Shown here in pieces: positions 51,598-63,609 of a DNA stretch of 64,000 nt. Numbering within the stretch: position 1 is the stretch's first letter; each line of letters begins with the position of its first letter. Under the pieces are notes generated by a model. That model saw only the letters and a list, made by a program, of their open reading frames with translations. It searched no databases and was not told where the DNA came from. This stretch comes from Chiloscyllium plagiosum (taxonomy: Eukaryota), in the NCBI RefSeq assembly GCF_004010195.1, contig NC_057750.1:7260530-7324529 (forward strand), in the 5' to 3' direction. The translations under genes were made by a program, and so were the position numbers.

Positions 51598-52153
51598 GGG
51601 TCAGTCCTGAGGGAGTGCTGCACTGTCGGAGGGTCAGTGCTGAGGGAGTGCCACACTGATGGAGGGTCAGTGCTGAGGGAGTGCTGCACTGTCAGAGGGT
51701 CAGTGCTGAGGGAGCGCTGCACTGTTGGACGGTCAGTGCTGAGGGAGTGCCGCACTGTCGGAGGGTCAGTGCTGAGGGAGTGCTGCACTGTCGGAGGGTC
51801 AGTGCTGAGGGAGCGCTGCACTGTCGGAGGGTCAATGCTGAGAGAGTGCAGCACTCTTGGAGGGTCAGTGCTGAGGGAGTGCCACACTGTCGGAGGGTCA
51901 GTGCTGAGGGAGTGCTGCACTGTCGGAGGGTCAGTGCTGGGGGAGCACCGCACTGTCAGAGGGTCAGTGCTGAGGGAGTGCCACACTGATGGAGGGTCAG
52001 TGCTGAGGGAGTGCTGCACTGTCGGAGGGTCAGTGCTGAGGGAGTGCCGCACTGTCGGAGGGTCAGTGCTGAGGGAGTGCCACACTGATGGAGGGTCAGT
52101 GCTGAGGGAGGGCTGTCGGAGGATCAGTGTTGAGGGAGTGCCGCACTGTTGGA
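51598..52153. repeat. 33-bp minisatellite (gggtcagtgctgagggagtgctgcactgtcgga), ~17 copies
   Basis: Direct reading; followed by a decayed Deu-SINE-like body to ~52420. Confidence 0.95.
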
Positions 52154-52420
52154 GATACTGACCTCTGCATGATTCATTTGCCTGACTCCTCCATCTGCCT
52201 GTTTGATGGATGCGAATTTGTTTTTAAACCCATGATGTTATTTTAAAGAGGAGTGGTTGGAGTGTGGGGTGCGGTGACTACCTAGTGGCCAATATTTATC
52301 CTACAATCAACATTCTGGAGAAAGGACAAACGTTTTCCCGTCATTTCCACATTGAATGTCAGTGGGATCTTGCTGTGCAGAAATGAATGGGCCCGTTTCC
52401 CTTAGCGCATTACACCAGGG
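52154..52420 (+). mobile_element. Decayed Deu-domain SINE (SacSINE1/AmnSINE1-like)
   Basis: tggccaatatttatcc..caacat and gtgggatcttgctgtgca motifs; related fragments at ~11640-11770, 12400-12660, 27810-27930, 29750-29830, 42950-43160, 43600-43730 and 54640-54715. Confidence 0.6.
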
Positions 52421-52775
52421 AATGCCCTTGGCTGGCTCCAGTCTCCCTGATCTTACAAAGTGCTTTGTCGACCTTCACATTTCCCTAAAATGACCGCATT
52501 CCCCTTCCTTTTCTGACAACTTGTCATCCTTTCTCGTTCCTCGCTATTTATGGAACTGCCTTGACAGAAAGGATATTCTCGAATGAGTCACAGAAGGCTT
52601 TCCTGAGATCCTCGTCCTCCTCCTGCTCTGGGACTTTGAGCCGTGCGAACCTATTCTTATCCGAAAGCGCTCATAAATCTGTCTTTTCCCTCTCTGGATG
52701 CCAGCCTCAATTGTGACTACAGCTCTCTGAACGTCTGCTCCAAGTGAGATACAAACAACACACACGCAAACTTCA

Positions 52776-52915
52776 GCATTGTGGGTCTACCCACAGCACG
52801 CTGGGTCAAAATCCTGGAATTCCCTCCCTAAGGGCATTGTGGGTCCACCCACAGCACGCTGGGTCAAAATCCTGGAATTCCCTCCCTAAGGGCATTGTGG
52901 GTCTACCCACAGCAC
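52776..52915. repeat. 58-bp tandem duplication (~2.4 copies) within a LINE 3' end
   Basis: gcattgtgggtctacccacagcacgctgggtcaaaatcctggaattccctccctaagg repeated. Confidence 0.9.
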
Positions 52916-53417
52916 ATGGACTGCAGCGGTTCAAGAAGGCAGCTCAACCCCACCTTCTCAAGGGTCAACTAGGGACAGGCAATAAATGTTGACACACTCC
53001 AACAATGCCCACAAGCCCATGACTGAATAAAAAATTTGGGAACAGCAGTCACGTGGTGGAAGGGGGATTTCAATTGGCTAGTAACTAATTCAGTGGAAGC
53101 CTGTGCTAATAGCTCATTAGCCCATTGAATGAGCATTTGTTAAGATTTATTCACCCCTGAGATGACACTGGCTGGGCCCAGCACTTAGCCCTAATTGCCC
53201 CCTTGAGAAGGTGAGGGTGAGCTGCCTTCTGAACCGCTGCAGTCCATGTGCTGTGGGTTGACCCACAATGCCCTGAGGGAGAGAATTCCAGGATTCCGAC
53301 CCAGCGACACTGAGGGAACGGCGATGTATTTCCAAGTCAGGATGGGGAGTGGAGGGGAACTTGCAGGGGGTGGTGTTCCCGTGTATCAGCTGCCCCTTGT
53401 CCTCCTTCATAGCCGGA

Positions 53418-53722
53418 GACTTTTTTCCCAGGGCGGAAATGGCTATCACGAGGGGACTTAATTTTAAGGTGATTGGTGGAAGGTTTAGGGGAGATGTCAG
53501 AGGTAGGTTCTTTACACAGAGAGTGGTGGGTGTGTGGAATGCACTGCTAGCAGTGGTAATAGGGTCAGATACATTAGGGACATTTAAGCAACTCTTGGTC
53601 AGGCACGTGGATGATAGTAAAATGAAGGGAACGTAAGTTAGTCTGATCCGAGAGTAGGATAAAAGGTCAGTACAACATGGAGGGCTGAAGGGCCTGAACT
53701 GTGCTGTACTCTTCTATGTTCC
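53418..53722 (+). mobile_element. CR1 LINE 3' end
   Basis: FFPRAEMAITRG..FRGDVRGRFFTQRVVGVWNAL. Confidence 0.88.
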
Positions 53723-54846
53723 TATAAGGTCATGTAATGTGGTAACATTAGAGCCCATTGAGACTAGTCTGCCATTTAGATCTGATCTGATGATCCTCAT
53801 CCCCACTTTCCTGCCTTTTCCCTCAATTCCCTTCATTAAAAAATCTCTCTGTCTCAGCCTTCAACTTACTGAATGTCCCAGCCTCGACAGTCCTCTGCGG
53901 TAAACAACGCCACAGGTTAACTCCTCTCAGAGAGAAGATATTCCTCCCCATCTCTGTCTTCAACAGGTGACCCCTTATTCAGAGATGGTGTCCCCCCATC
54001 TCCCCCCCCCCCAAAAAAGGTCCGAGACTAGATGGAGGGTTTGGGAAAGGCTGACCATGGAGCCCTGGTGAGTTGCTGCAGTGCATCGTGTGGATGGTAC
54101 ACACGGCTGCTACTGAGCGTTGGCAGGGGAGGGGGCTTACCTACCCCAACCCCTCCCATGCCCACTCTCGCACCACTGGCCTCTGTCACTTCACTGAAGC
54201 TAGGGGAGGTTGCAACACTTAACTTCAGGGCCAAGAAACCAGCAGAGTCAGAATAACGGCCTCCCTGCTCTCTGCTACCTCTCATTCACTGAAGGCCTGT
54301 GACCTCTTACTATGTCAAAGGCACTGTATAAATGCACATTGTTTCATTCACACCCAATCAGTGCGGGTAATAGCAGGTAAACAGAACTTTTCCCCATGGT
54401 TTTGGAGTTTCCCACACAAAGGACAGCTTCTTACATGTACAACAAACCCCAGCGAGGCTGCCGATTATCGATGTGTGTGAGCGAGCTGAGATCTGAATGC
54501 TTTGCAAGAACACCCTTGCGAACTGAAGGTACTCAGGAGATTCCCAAGAAAACAGAGACTCCCCATAATCCCTCTGCTCACTGTTAATGATGGTCCCCTG
54601 GGGATTCACCGTCTATGCAGGTTGAATGAATGAAGGAGCGACCTGCATTTATGTAGCACCTTTCCCAATCGCAGGACATCCCAAAACGCTTCACAGCCAA
54701 TGGGGTACTCTAGTAACGCAACGACTCATTCACTTGGCTCTTTGTTCTCTCGCCAGTTGTGGGCTTCACTGGTGAGGCCATCCTTTCTTACTCATCCCTA
54801 ATTGCCCCTTGAACTGAGTGGCCCCTTTCAGAGGGCAGTTAAGAGG

Positions 54847-55732
54847 TGGGGCGAGAGAGGGGTGGAAGGAGAAAAGGGGAGAACAGAGGGGAGGGGGGGG
54901 GGTAGAAAGAAGGGAAGGGAGAGGGGGGTAGAGGGAGAGAGNNNNNNNNNNNNNNNNNNNNNNNNNNNNNNNNNNNNNNNNNNNNNNNNNNNNNNNNNNN
55001 NNNNNNNNNNNNNNNNNNNNNNNNNNNNNNNNNNNNNNNNNNNNNNNNNNNNNNNNNNNNNNNNNNNNNNNNNNNNNNNNNNNNNNNNNNNNNNNNNNNN
55101 NNNNNNNNNNNNNNNNNNNNNNNNNNNNNNNNNNNNNNNNNNNNNNNNNNNNNNNNNNNNNNNNNNNNNNNNNNNNNNNNNNNNNNNNNNNNNNNNNNNN
55201 NNNNNNNNNNNNNNNNNNNNNNNNNNNNNNNNNNNNNNNNNNNNNNNNNNNNNNNNNNNNNNNNNNNNNNNNNNNNNNNNNNNNNNNNNNNNNNNNNNNN
55301 NNNNNNNNNNNNNNNNNNNNNNNNNNNNNNNNNNNNNNNNNNNNNNNNNNNNNNNNNNNNNNNNNNNNNNNNNNNNNNNNNNNNNNNNNNNNNNNNNNNN
55401 NNNNNNNNNNNNNNNNNNNNNNNNNNNNNNNNNNNNNNNNNNNNNNNNNNNNNNNNNNNNNNNNNNNNNNNNNNNNNNNNNNNNNNNNNNNNNNNNNNNN
55501 NNNNNNNNNNNNNNNNNNGGGACAGAAGGGGGCAAGGGAAGGGGGTGGTGAGAGGGAGAGAGATAGAGAGAGAAGGGGAGGGGGATGGGGACAGAAGGGG
55601 AATGGGGGAGAGAGAACAGGAGGGGGAGAGGTGGTAGAGAAGGGGAAGAGGGAATAAGGGGAGAGAGGGCGCAGAGAGAAGGGAAGGGAGAACTTGGGGG
55701 GGGTGAGAGGGGGAAGAGAGAAGGGGGTAGGA
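54847..55732. repeat. Purine-rich (G/A) low-complexity tract spanning gap
   Basis: Direct reading. Confidence 0.9.
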
Positions 55733-56560
55733 AGATGACCCTACATCACATGGACTTCAGCGGCCCAAGATGGGGCCAGGTCAGTACCACCTTATAAAGG
55801 GAAATAAACAGCAGTATACTCACCCCAGAGCCTGCATTCCCCCAACCACACCCCCATCCTGTACCCCAAGAAACAATCAGATAAGGATCCAATTCTCCTT
55901 CACACGGGGTCCGTTACACGGGACAGATATTGGCCGGGACACCAGGAATGGGGACATCTGCAACATCCTCCATTGGAATAGCACCGTAAGATATTGCACA
56001 TCCCCTTTTGAGAGGGCAGGCCAGCTAGTGGTTGAATAAAGCTGACAGCGTGGCACTGGCTCAGCCAGGATGAGAGAGTCTCAACCCTTACGTGACAAAT
56101 TGCCCCTTTGACATCCTTCCACCGCCAACTGCCCTCTGAATGCCACCCCTTGATGCTGGGTGTCACGTAGGTTTCCTTGGCCCCTCGCCAACGTCGACCA
56201 GTCCAATATCTTTGTCACTTCCCCTGGTCGCAGACGGGCACACCCACAGCTGGTCACTACGCACACAGGAAGAGATCACAAGTGTTTGAAAAGAGACCTG
56301 TCTCAAGTGCCAAATCTGCATTGCCAGTCTCATGTGGGATGTTGTCAAGCTGAATAAATAGGTTCCCACAGAAAGAGGAAGTTGTGATTGTCTGATTGGT
56401 TTGGTGGTGAGGTGGCTGCTGTTGTTTAGATATTTTTAGAGTCTGTGAATAAGGTCAGTGAATGAATTATAACAGATGTCAACCAGACTAGTCCATTGGA
56501 GTAAACACACCGTGGCATCAGGGGTGGCATAGGCTGTTCGAAGATTGCCTTTGTAGGGAT

Positions 56561-57557
56561 CTGAGCCCAGCTCCCGACCTGGGGCCCACAGCCCAGCTCC
56601 ATCCTGGGGTCCACAGCCCAGCTCCGACTTGGGGCCCACAGCCCCGTTCCATCCTGGGATCCACACCCAGCTCCATCCTGGGGTCCACAGCCCAGCTCCA
56701 TCCAGGGGCCCACAGCCCACCTCCATCCTGGGGTCCACGGCCCAGCTCTGTCCTGGGGCCCACAGCCCACCTCCATCCTGGGGTCCACAGCCCAGCTCTG
56801 TCCTGGGGCCCACAGCCCAGCTCCATCCTGGGTCCACAGCCCAGCTCTGTCCTGGGACCCACAGCCCAGCTCCATCCTGGGCCCCACAGCCCACCTTCAT
56901 CCTGGGGCCCACAGCCCAGCTCTGTCCTGGGGCCCACAGCCCAGCTCCATCCTGGGTCCACAGCCCAGCTCTGTCCTGGGACCCACAGCCCAGCTCCATC
57001 CTGGGCCCCACAGCCCACCTCCATCCTGGGGCCCACAGCCCAGCTCTGTCATGGGGCCCACAGCCCACCTCTGTCCTGGGGTCCACAGCCCAGCTCCATC
57101 CTGGGCCCCACAGCCCACCTCCATCCTGGGGCCCACAGCCCAGCTCTGTCCTGGGGCCCACAGCCCAGCTCCATCCTGGGTCCACAGCCCAGCTCTGTCC
57201 TGGGACCCACAGCCCAGCTCCATCCTGGGCCCCACAGCCCACCTCCATCCTGGGGCCCACAGCCCAGCTCTGTCATGGGGCCCACAGCCCACCTCTGTCC
57301 TGGGGTCCACAGCCCAGCTCCATCCTGGGCCCCACAGCCCACCTCCATCCTGGGGCCCACAGCCCAGCTCTGTCATGGGGCCCACAGCCCACCTCTGTCC
57401 TGGGGTCCACAGCCCAGCTCCAGCCTGGGGCCCACAGCCCATCTCTGTCCTGGGGCCCACAGCCCAGCTCCATTCTGGGGTCCACAGCCCAGCTCCATCC
57501 TGGAGACCACAGCCCAGCTCTGTTGTGAGGACATTACTCCAGCTCCATCCTGGGGAC
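56561..57557. repeat. 24-25-bp GC-rich minisatellite (ggggcccacagcccagctccatcct), ~40 copies
   Basis: Direct reading; variant units recur in blocks. Confidence 0.96.
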
Positions 57558-58024
57558 ATCAATTACATCTTCAGTTCAAACTACTGAAGGAGCTTAGCGC
57601 TACGTAGAAGATGCTAACGTTAGCCTGCTGCTCCATTCAATCTGACAATAGCTGGTCTTCAGTTTCGATCCCTATTCCCACTGGTTATCCTTATCCCTCC
57701 ATTCTCTGTGAGAGCCAATCTCTATCTCCCTCTCAGCCTTACCCGTGTCAGAAATGGAATATTAAACAAAGGTCTGGATTCACACTGATTCACAGTCGCA
57801 TTGGGTGAAGCATGTTCTCCCATCACTGTCCTAAATACTCGGTGCTTTATTCTAAGAGTGTACTCTCTGGGTATTCAGTTCACTGACCAATAGATTAATC
57901 TCTCAGAGTTAGCCTTATCCAGATCTTTCGAACTCTCGGGTGGCTGAGTGAGATTTTCCTTTGTTCTGCTGAACTCTGGAGAATTTCAACACAATGTAGG
58001 AAACTTCACAACCCTATAAAAGAG

Positions 58025-58586
58025 CAGAGGGAGCTTTACTCTGTATCTAACCCGGTGCTGTCCCTGTCCTGGGAGTGTTTGATGGGGGACAGTGTAGAGG
58101 GAGCCTTACTCTGTATCTAACCCCGTGCTGCCCCTGTCCTGGGAATGTTTGATGGGGGACAGTGTAGAGGGAGCTTTACTCCGTATCTAACCCCATGCTG
58201 TCCCTGTCCTGGGAGTGTTTGATGGGGACAGTGTAGAGGGAGCTTCCCTCTATACAGAGCACTCCCAGGACAGGGACAGCACTGGGTTAGATACAGAGTA
58301 AGGTAAAAACAATGACTGCAGATGCTGGAAACCAGATTCTGGATTCGAGGTGCTGGAAAAGCACAGCAGTTCAGGCAGCATCCGAGGGGCAGGAGAATCG
58401 ACGTTTCGGGCAAAAGCCCTTCATCAGGAATGCCTAGATACAGAGTAAAGCTCTCTCTACACTGCCCTCATCAAACACTCCTAGAACAGGGACAGCACGG
58501 GGTTAGATACAGAGTAAAGCTCCCTCTACACTGTTCCCCCATCAAACACTCCCAGGACAGGGACAGCACGGGGTTAGATACAGAGT
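58025..58586. repeat. 69-70 bp tandem repeat with polarity switch at ~58243 and PLE insertion at 58302-58434
   Basis: Forward units 58025-58245, reverse units after; insertion TSD tagatacagagtaa at 58288-58301 and 58435-58448. Confidence 0.92.
58396..58431 (-). ncRNA. Minimal type I hammerhead ribozyme motif
   Basis: Minus strand attc CTGATGA a gggc tttt gccc GAAA cGTC gatt. Confidence 0.7.
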
Positions 58587-58999
58587 GAGGTCTGCTCAAA
58601 GATGAATTTCTAATTGTATGAGCTGCTGAGGGAGAGAGTGGAACATCAGGAAGTGAGTGGGTTGGAAATGAAACATTACTGCTGCTATGACGCATGAAAT
58701 AATTTTTTTTTAAAAAAACACATTAGATCTTGAGATCTGGAAAGCTCTGCATTAAACTCCCGTCCTTAATGACCCCTTGGGAAGGTGCCCCAGTTGCTGT
58801 AGTCCCTGTTGCGGGGTCTCTGTCTCTCTCTCACACACACACACACACAGTACTGTTGGGGAGACGGGTGCCGAGAGTGTAAGACTTTCGCAAGCGCCTG
58901 AGAAAAAGCAATGATCCGGGAAGGAGGGGGTTAATACTTCTATGTGATGGATGAAAAGCTCAGGTCTTTGAGAAAAGCTTACTGGACGCCCGGAGACTC

Positions 59000-59290
59000 T
59001 GTAAGCCACTTCCTGTTTCTCAGACTGTATTGTCACAACTTGACAGTGGTCTTTCAAACAGTGTATAACAGGTTAGGCACAGGGTCCTGTGTCCCTGGTT
59101 CTCACTGTACAATGAGAGAGAGAGAGAGTAGGAGGAAGGATAACTTATAAAAACGGGAGGAGAGAGACAAACGTAGCACCTGTGCAGGAGCTGGAGACGA
59201 CCATGGCATTTGGAAGTGACTGTTTGTAATTTCTCACACTGAAGTGTAAGACTGACTGTGAATCCAGTTGAGCCCAAGATCTGGGTGAGT
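59000..59290 (+). promoter_or_regulatory. Candidate Pol II promoter and non-coding first exon
   Basis: Within ~1.1 kb of TE-free sequence; ETS-like cacttcctgttt at ~59007; TATAAAAA at 59146-59153; Kozak-like accATGg uORF at 59203-59229; donor TGG|GTGAGT at 59284/59285. Confidence 0.35.
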
Positions 59291-59765
59291 TATGCCAAGT
59301 TTCGGCTGAGGGTGCTGCTGGAGAACGTTTTTGTGAAAGAGGAGAAATGCTTGACTGAATAGCAACTTGCTGCTGACCTGGAGAGCCGGCTGCTGTTGGC
59401 AAACGCAGGGATTGGAACTAAACAGCCTGACATCATGGGGCAGAGGGACTTCAGACCACGGGGGTGAATTGGCCCAGCTCCTGTCATCATCTGGGACTCT
59501 GCACAGTCCACCGGGGACTCTCCACCACATCGAGCCGCAACTTCGACTTTTAAGGTCATTTTTATTTTCTTTTAAATTACTTTTATCGCAGTCGGAGCTG
59601 TCACAGAAGGGAAGGGAGGAAATGAGAGAATTGATGCTTTTTAACTGTGCTGACCTTTTCATTAAATTTCACCAACGTGCAGATTTCCAGTCAACTAAAG
59701 CTTCCAGATTTCCCTCTAACTAGATATAATATTTTGATTTTTTCTTTTGCCTCCTGGATGTCAGT

Positions 59766-59908
59766 TTGTTCTTTCTCTCCCCCAATCCCCCTTCTCCCTC
59801 TCTCTTTCTCCTCTCTCTCTCTTTCTCTTTTTCTCTTTCTCTTTTTTCTCTTTCTTTTTATCTCTCCCTCTCTTTTTCTTTCCTTTCTCTCTTTCTCTCT
59901 CTCTTTTT
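59766..59908. repeat. Pyrimidine (C/T) low-complexity tract
   Basis: Direct reading. Confidence 0.9.
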
Positions 59909-60934
59909 GGACATCATCCACTCAACACAAACCGCCCGCTCACCCTTCCAACCATCCCTGATATAATAATATTATTTCTCAATTGCATTCAGTTTTGATA
60001 GGTTCACTGAACTCGAAACGCTCTTTGTGTTTCTTCCAACAGACTACCATACCTGCTGAGATTCTCCAACATTGTTTCAGACGGTGGAGAATTTTATTTC
60101 AGATCGCCAGCATCCGCATTTCCTTGGTTATTTCACCTTTAATGTTGTTGTTTCGCGGGATGCCAGCATCACTGGCAAGGGCAGCATTTGTTGTCCATCC
60201 TAACTGCCCTTGACCATGTGGCCATTTGTCAAGGCAATATGGAGGCAACCATATTGTTGTGGATCTGAGGTGACACTTAGTTCATAAAGGGCAAAAATGT
60301 TAGGCTTCTTTACCAAAGGTTACGAATAAAATAAGAAAAGGAATGCTGATGGTTTATGGTTGCCATGAGTGAAATTAGGTTTCATTCCAAATTTTGCCAT
60401 TGGAATTTAAATTTAGTCATCGGCAGTGATAGGATTTCAGACAATGGTTTTAGAGTTATAACCCGTGCCTCTGAATTACACAGTCAGTGACATTATTACT
60501 CTGTTTAAGAGTCCCTGTTGTGAAGTAACTGTAGAAACAAGAACAAGTTTGTGGTCAAACTATTTGTAACTGGAAGAGAGGTCAGAAGAGAACTGGAGCC
60601 ATAAAACCTGTCATTAATGAAGGGGTAGGTGATGGCGAAGTCAGCAACAGAACTCAGGCAGAGCTGGTGATTGGGGATATTATGAAGGTGGGTGTCAGCA
60701 GGTTTGATCACAGAGAGAATATGGAGAAATAAAACAGTTCACAGCAAAAAGGGACTCAAGGTTCCGAACAGTCTTATTCCTTCTCAGATNNNNNNNNNNN
60801 NNNNNNNNNNNNNNNNNNNNNNNNNNNNNNNNNNNNNNNNNNNNNNNNNNNNNNNNNNNNNNNNNNNNNNNNNNNNNNNNNNNNNNNNNNNNNNNNNNNN
60901 NNNNNNNNNNNNNNNNNNNNNNNNNNNNNNNNNN

Positions 60935-61227
60935 AACTAGAGATCATAGGTTTCGGGTGAGAGGGGCAAGATATAAAAGAGGCCTAAAGAGCAACTTTTT
61001 CACGCAGAGGGTGGTACGTGTATAGAATGAGTTACCAGAGGAAGTGGTGGAGGCTGGTACAATTGCAACATTTAAAAGGCATATGGATGGGTATATGAAT
61101 AGGAAGGGTTTGGAGGGATATGGGCCGTGTGCTGGCAGGTGGGACTAGATTGGGTTGGGATATCTGGTCAGCATGGACGGGTTGGACCGAAGGGTCTGTT
61201 TCCGTGCTGTACATCTCTATGACTCTA
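60935..61227 (+). mobile_element. HER1/CR1 LINE 3' end exiting gap
   Basis: Same C-terminal and tail sequence as 8914-9257. Confidence 0.92.
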
Positions 61228-62549
61228 TTGGCCCACAACTAATGAGGAGTCAACCACATCGCTGTGTCAGGAGCAATGTATTCCAAATGTTTTCCCCACA
61301 TTGTGACCCTATAATCTATTTTAGAATCTCTACAGTGTGGAAACAGACCCTTCAGCCCAACAAGTTCACACCGACCCTCTGAAAAGTATCCCACCCAAAC
61401 CTGTTCTTTTAAATTTACCCATGACTAAAGCACGTAACTTATGCATCCCTGAAAACTATGGGGCAATTTGGCATGGTCAATTCACCTGCCCTGCACATCT
61501 TTGGACTGTGGAAGGTAACCCACACAGACAAGGGGAGAATGCGCAAACTCCACACAGTCACCCAATGCTGGAATTGAACTTGGGTCCCTGGGGCAGCAGT
61601 GCTAACCACTGAGCCACCATGCCACCCCAAAGACTCATGGCCCTTCTTGAGAAAACATTTATCCATGTCTCTTTCTCAAATGGACAAGCCTTCAGTTTTG
61701 AACAATGAGCCGTGGTCCCAGATCTTCCAGCATGCAGGAACATCCTTTTCCCACATGCACCCTCAGGATCTTAAACAAGGAAAACAGAAATGGTTGGAGA
61801 AACTCAGCAGGTCTGGCAGCGTCCTCAGAGAGAGAAACATAATAAAGAGACCAATGAGCCTTCCAGCTCACATTGCTCAGATACAAGCTCAGCCTGTTTG
61901 ACCTTGCCTGAAAAGGCAACCCACTTACTCAGATATTAGTCTGGTAGACCCTTCGTCCAAATGTGGCTCAGTGGTTAGCACTGCTGCTTCACAACACCAG
62001 GGACCTGGGTTCGATTCCAGCCGTGGTCGACTGTGTGAAGTTTGTACGTTCTCCCCGTGTCTGCATGGGTTTCCTCCCACAATCCAAAGATGTACAGGTT
62101 AGGGTGAATTGGCTGTGCTAAATTGCCTACAGCGTTCAGGGATGTGTAGGTTAGCTGGATTAGCTATGGGGAAAACAGGGATATGGTCGGTGGGGTGTGG
62201 GTCTTTATGGGATGCTTTTCGGAGGGTCGGCATGGGCCGAATGGCCTACTTCCATACTGTGAGGATTCTAATACGTTTACATCCCTCCTTAATTAAGGTG
62301 ACTGGTACTATTCACAGTACTCCAAATGTGGCCTCTCGTGCACCCTGTGTTTCTGAAGGCTAATCCCTTTATTTTTGTAATCTATTTCCCTCACCATGGA
62401 ATTGGTTTAAGGCTGTTGGAAAAAAGTAGACCAGATCCTTGTCTGTTCTCACGCGGCTGGTGCTTAGGGTGCAAAGTGCACTGTTTGAGAGTGTTTTGGG
62501 GGGGCACGGTTAACTCAGGTATTTGCAAAAGAGTTGGACGATTATCACG

Positions 62550-63052
62550 TAGAGTCATAGAGCTGTGCAGCATAGAAACAGACCCTTCGGTCCAAATTAT
62601 CCATGCCGACCAGATATCCTAACCTAATCTAGTCCCATTTGCCAGCACTTGGCCCATATCCCTCCAAACCCTTCCTATTCATATACCCATCCAGATGCCT
62701 TTTAAATGTTGTAATTGTACCAGCCTCCACCACTTCCTCTGGCGGCTCATTCCATACACATACCACCATCTGCATGAAAAGGTTGCCCCTTAGGTCCCTT
62801 TTATATCTTTCCTCTCTCACCCTAAACCTATGCCCTCTATGACCCCAGGGAAAAGGCCTTTTCTATTTACCCTATCCATGCCCCTCATGAGTTTATAAAC
62901 CGCTATAAGGTCACCCCTCAGCCTCCGCGCTCCAGGGAAAGCAGCCTCAGCCTGTTCAGCCTCTCCCTATAGCTCACACCCTCCAACCCTGGCAACATCC
63001 TTGTAAATTTTTTCTGAACCCTTTCACGTTTCATAACACCATTCTGATAGGA
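62550..63052 (-). mobile_element. HER1/CR1 LINE 3' fragment
   Basis: RGNLFMQMVVCVWNEPPEEVVEAGT. Confidence 0.92.
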
Positions 63053-63609
63053 AGTAAAGGAAAACGGTCACAAGGCAATGGGGAAGCGAATGGGGGATAC
63101 GGCACTTACCCGACCGGGTATCTAGGGGGTCCTGACGACTCGCTTGAAGGCCCCTGCCCAAGTCCCCGGGGCAATTAATGACATGAAATGGGGGAATGGA
63201 AGGATGACTACTTAGCATAAGCCTTTACTCTAAATGCCCTCGCACCTCTCCCCAGATATTTCTCCTCACAACCGTTACCCAGTGATTCTAAACGTCCTCC
63301 TATAAGAAGAAAACTAACATCTCTTTGGTGAGGCTCTTCACTGTTGAGCAGGCCTAGGCCTCTGATTGGCCTTCGGCTTCACACAGAACGGGACTCCAGT
63401 TGAACGAGGTACCTGATGGGCCGAGAGGCCTGTCAGGCACTAGTCAGGCACCCAATTGGGGCTTTCTTGATGGTGGTGAGCTGGTGGGGTGGTTAGTCAC
63501 CAATGAAGAGGCAAGAGTCAGGATAGAAACAGGGTGCTATAGTCTGAGGTCTTCCAGCCAGGGAGAAACAGCTTCCCAGTGTCCACCACATCAAGTCCGC
63601 TCAGAATTT

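Noticed and set aside
51598..52153. CRISPR-like 33-bp periodicity
   Set aside because: Head-to-tail repeats with no unique spacers, no cas genes, and a vertebrate context.
56426..57607. Long ORFs (up to 299 aa) on both strands
   Set aside because: These are translations of a stop-poor minisatellite, open in many frames.
59234..59723. Overlapping 118-142 aa ORFs in unique sequence
   Set aside because: No recognisable domain, non-ATG starts, and open on both strands; more consistent with non-coding sequence.
63103..63240. Consensus donor CGG|GTAAGT on the minus strand at ~63109
   Set aside because: No convincing acceptor or recognisable peptide upstream; an isolated site is expected by chance.
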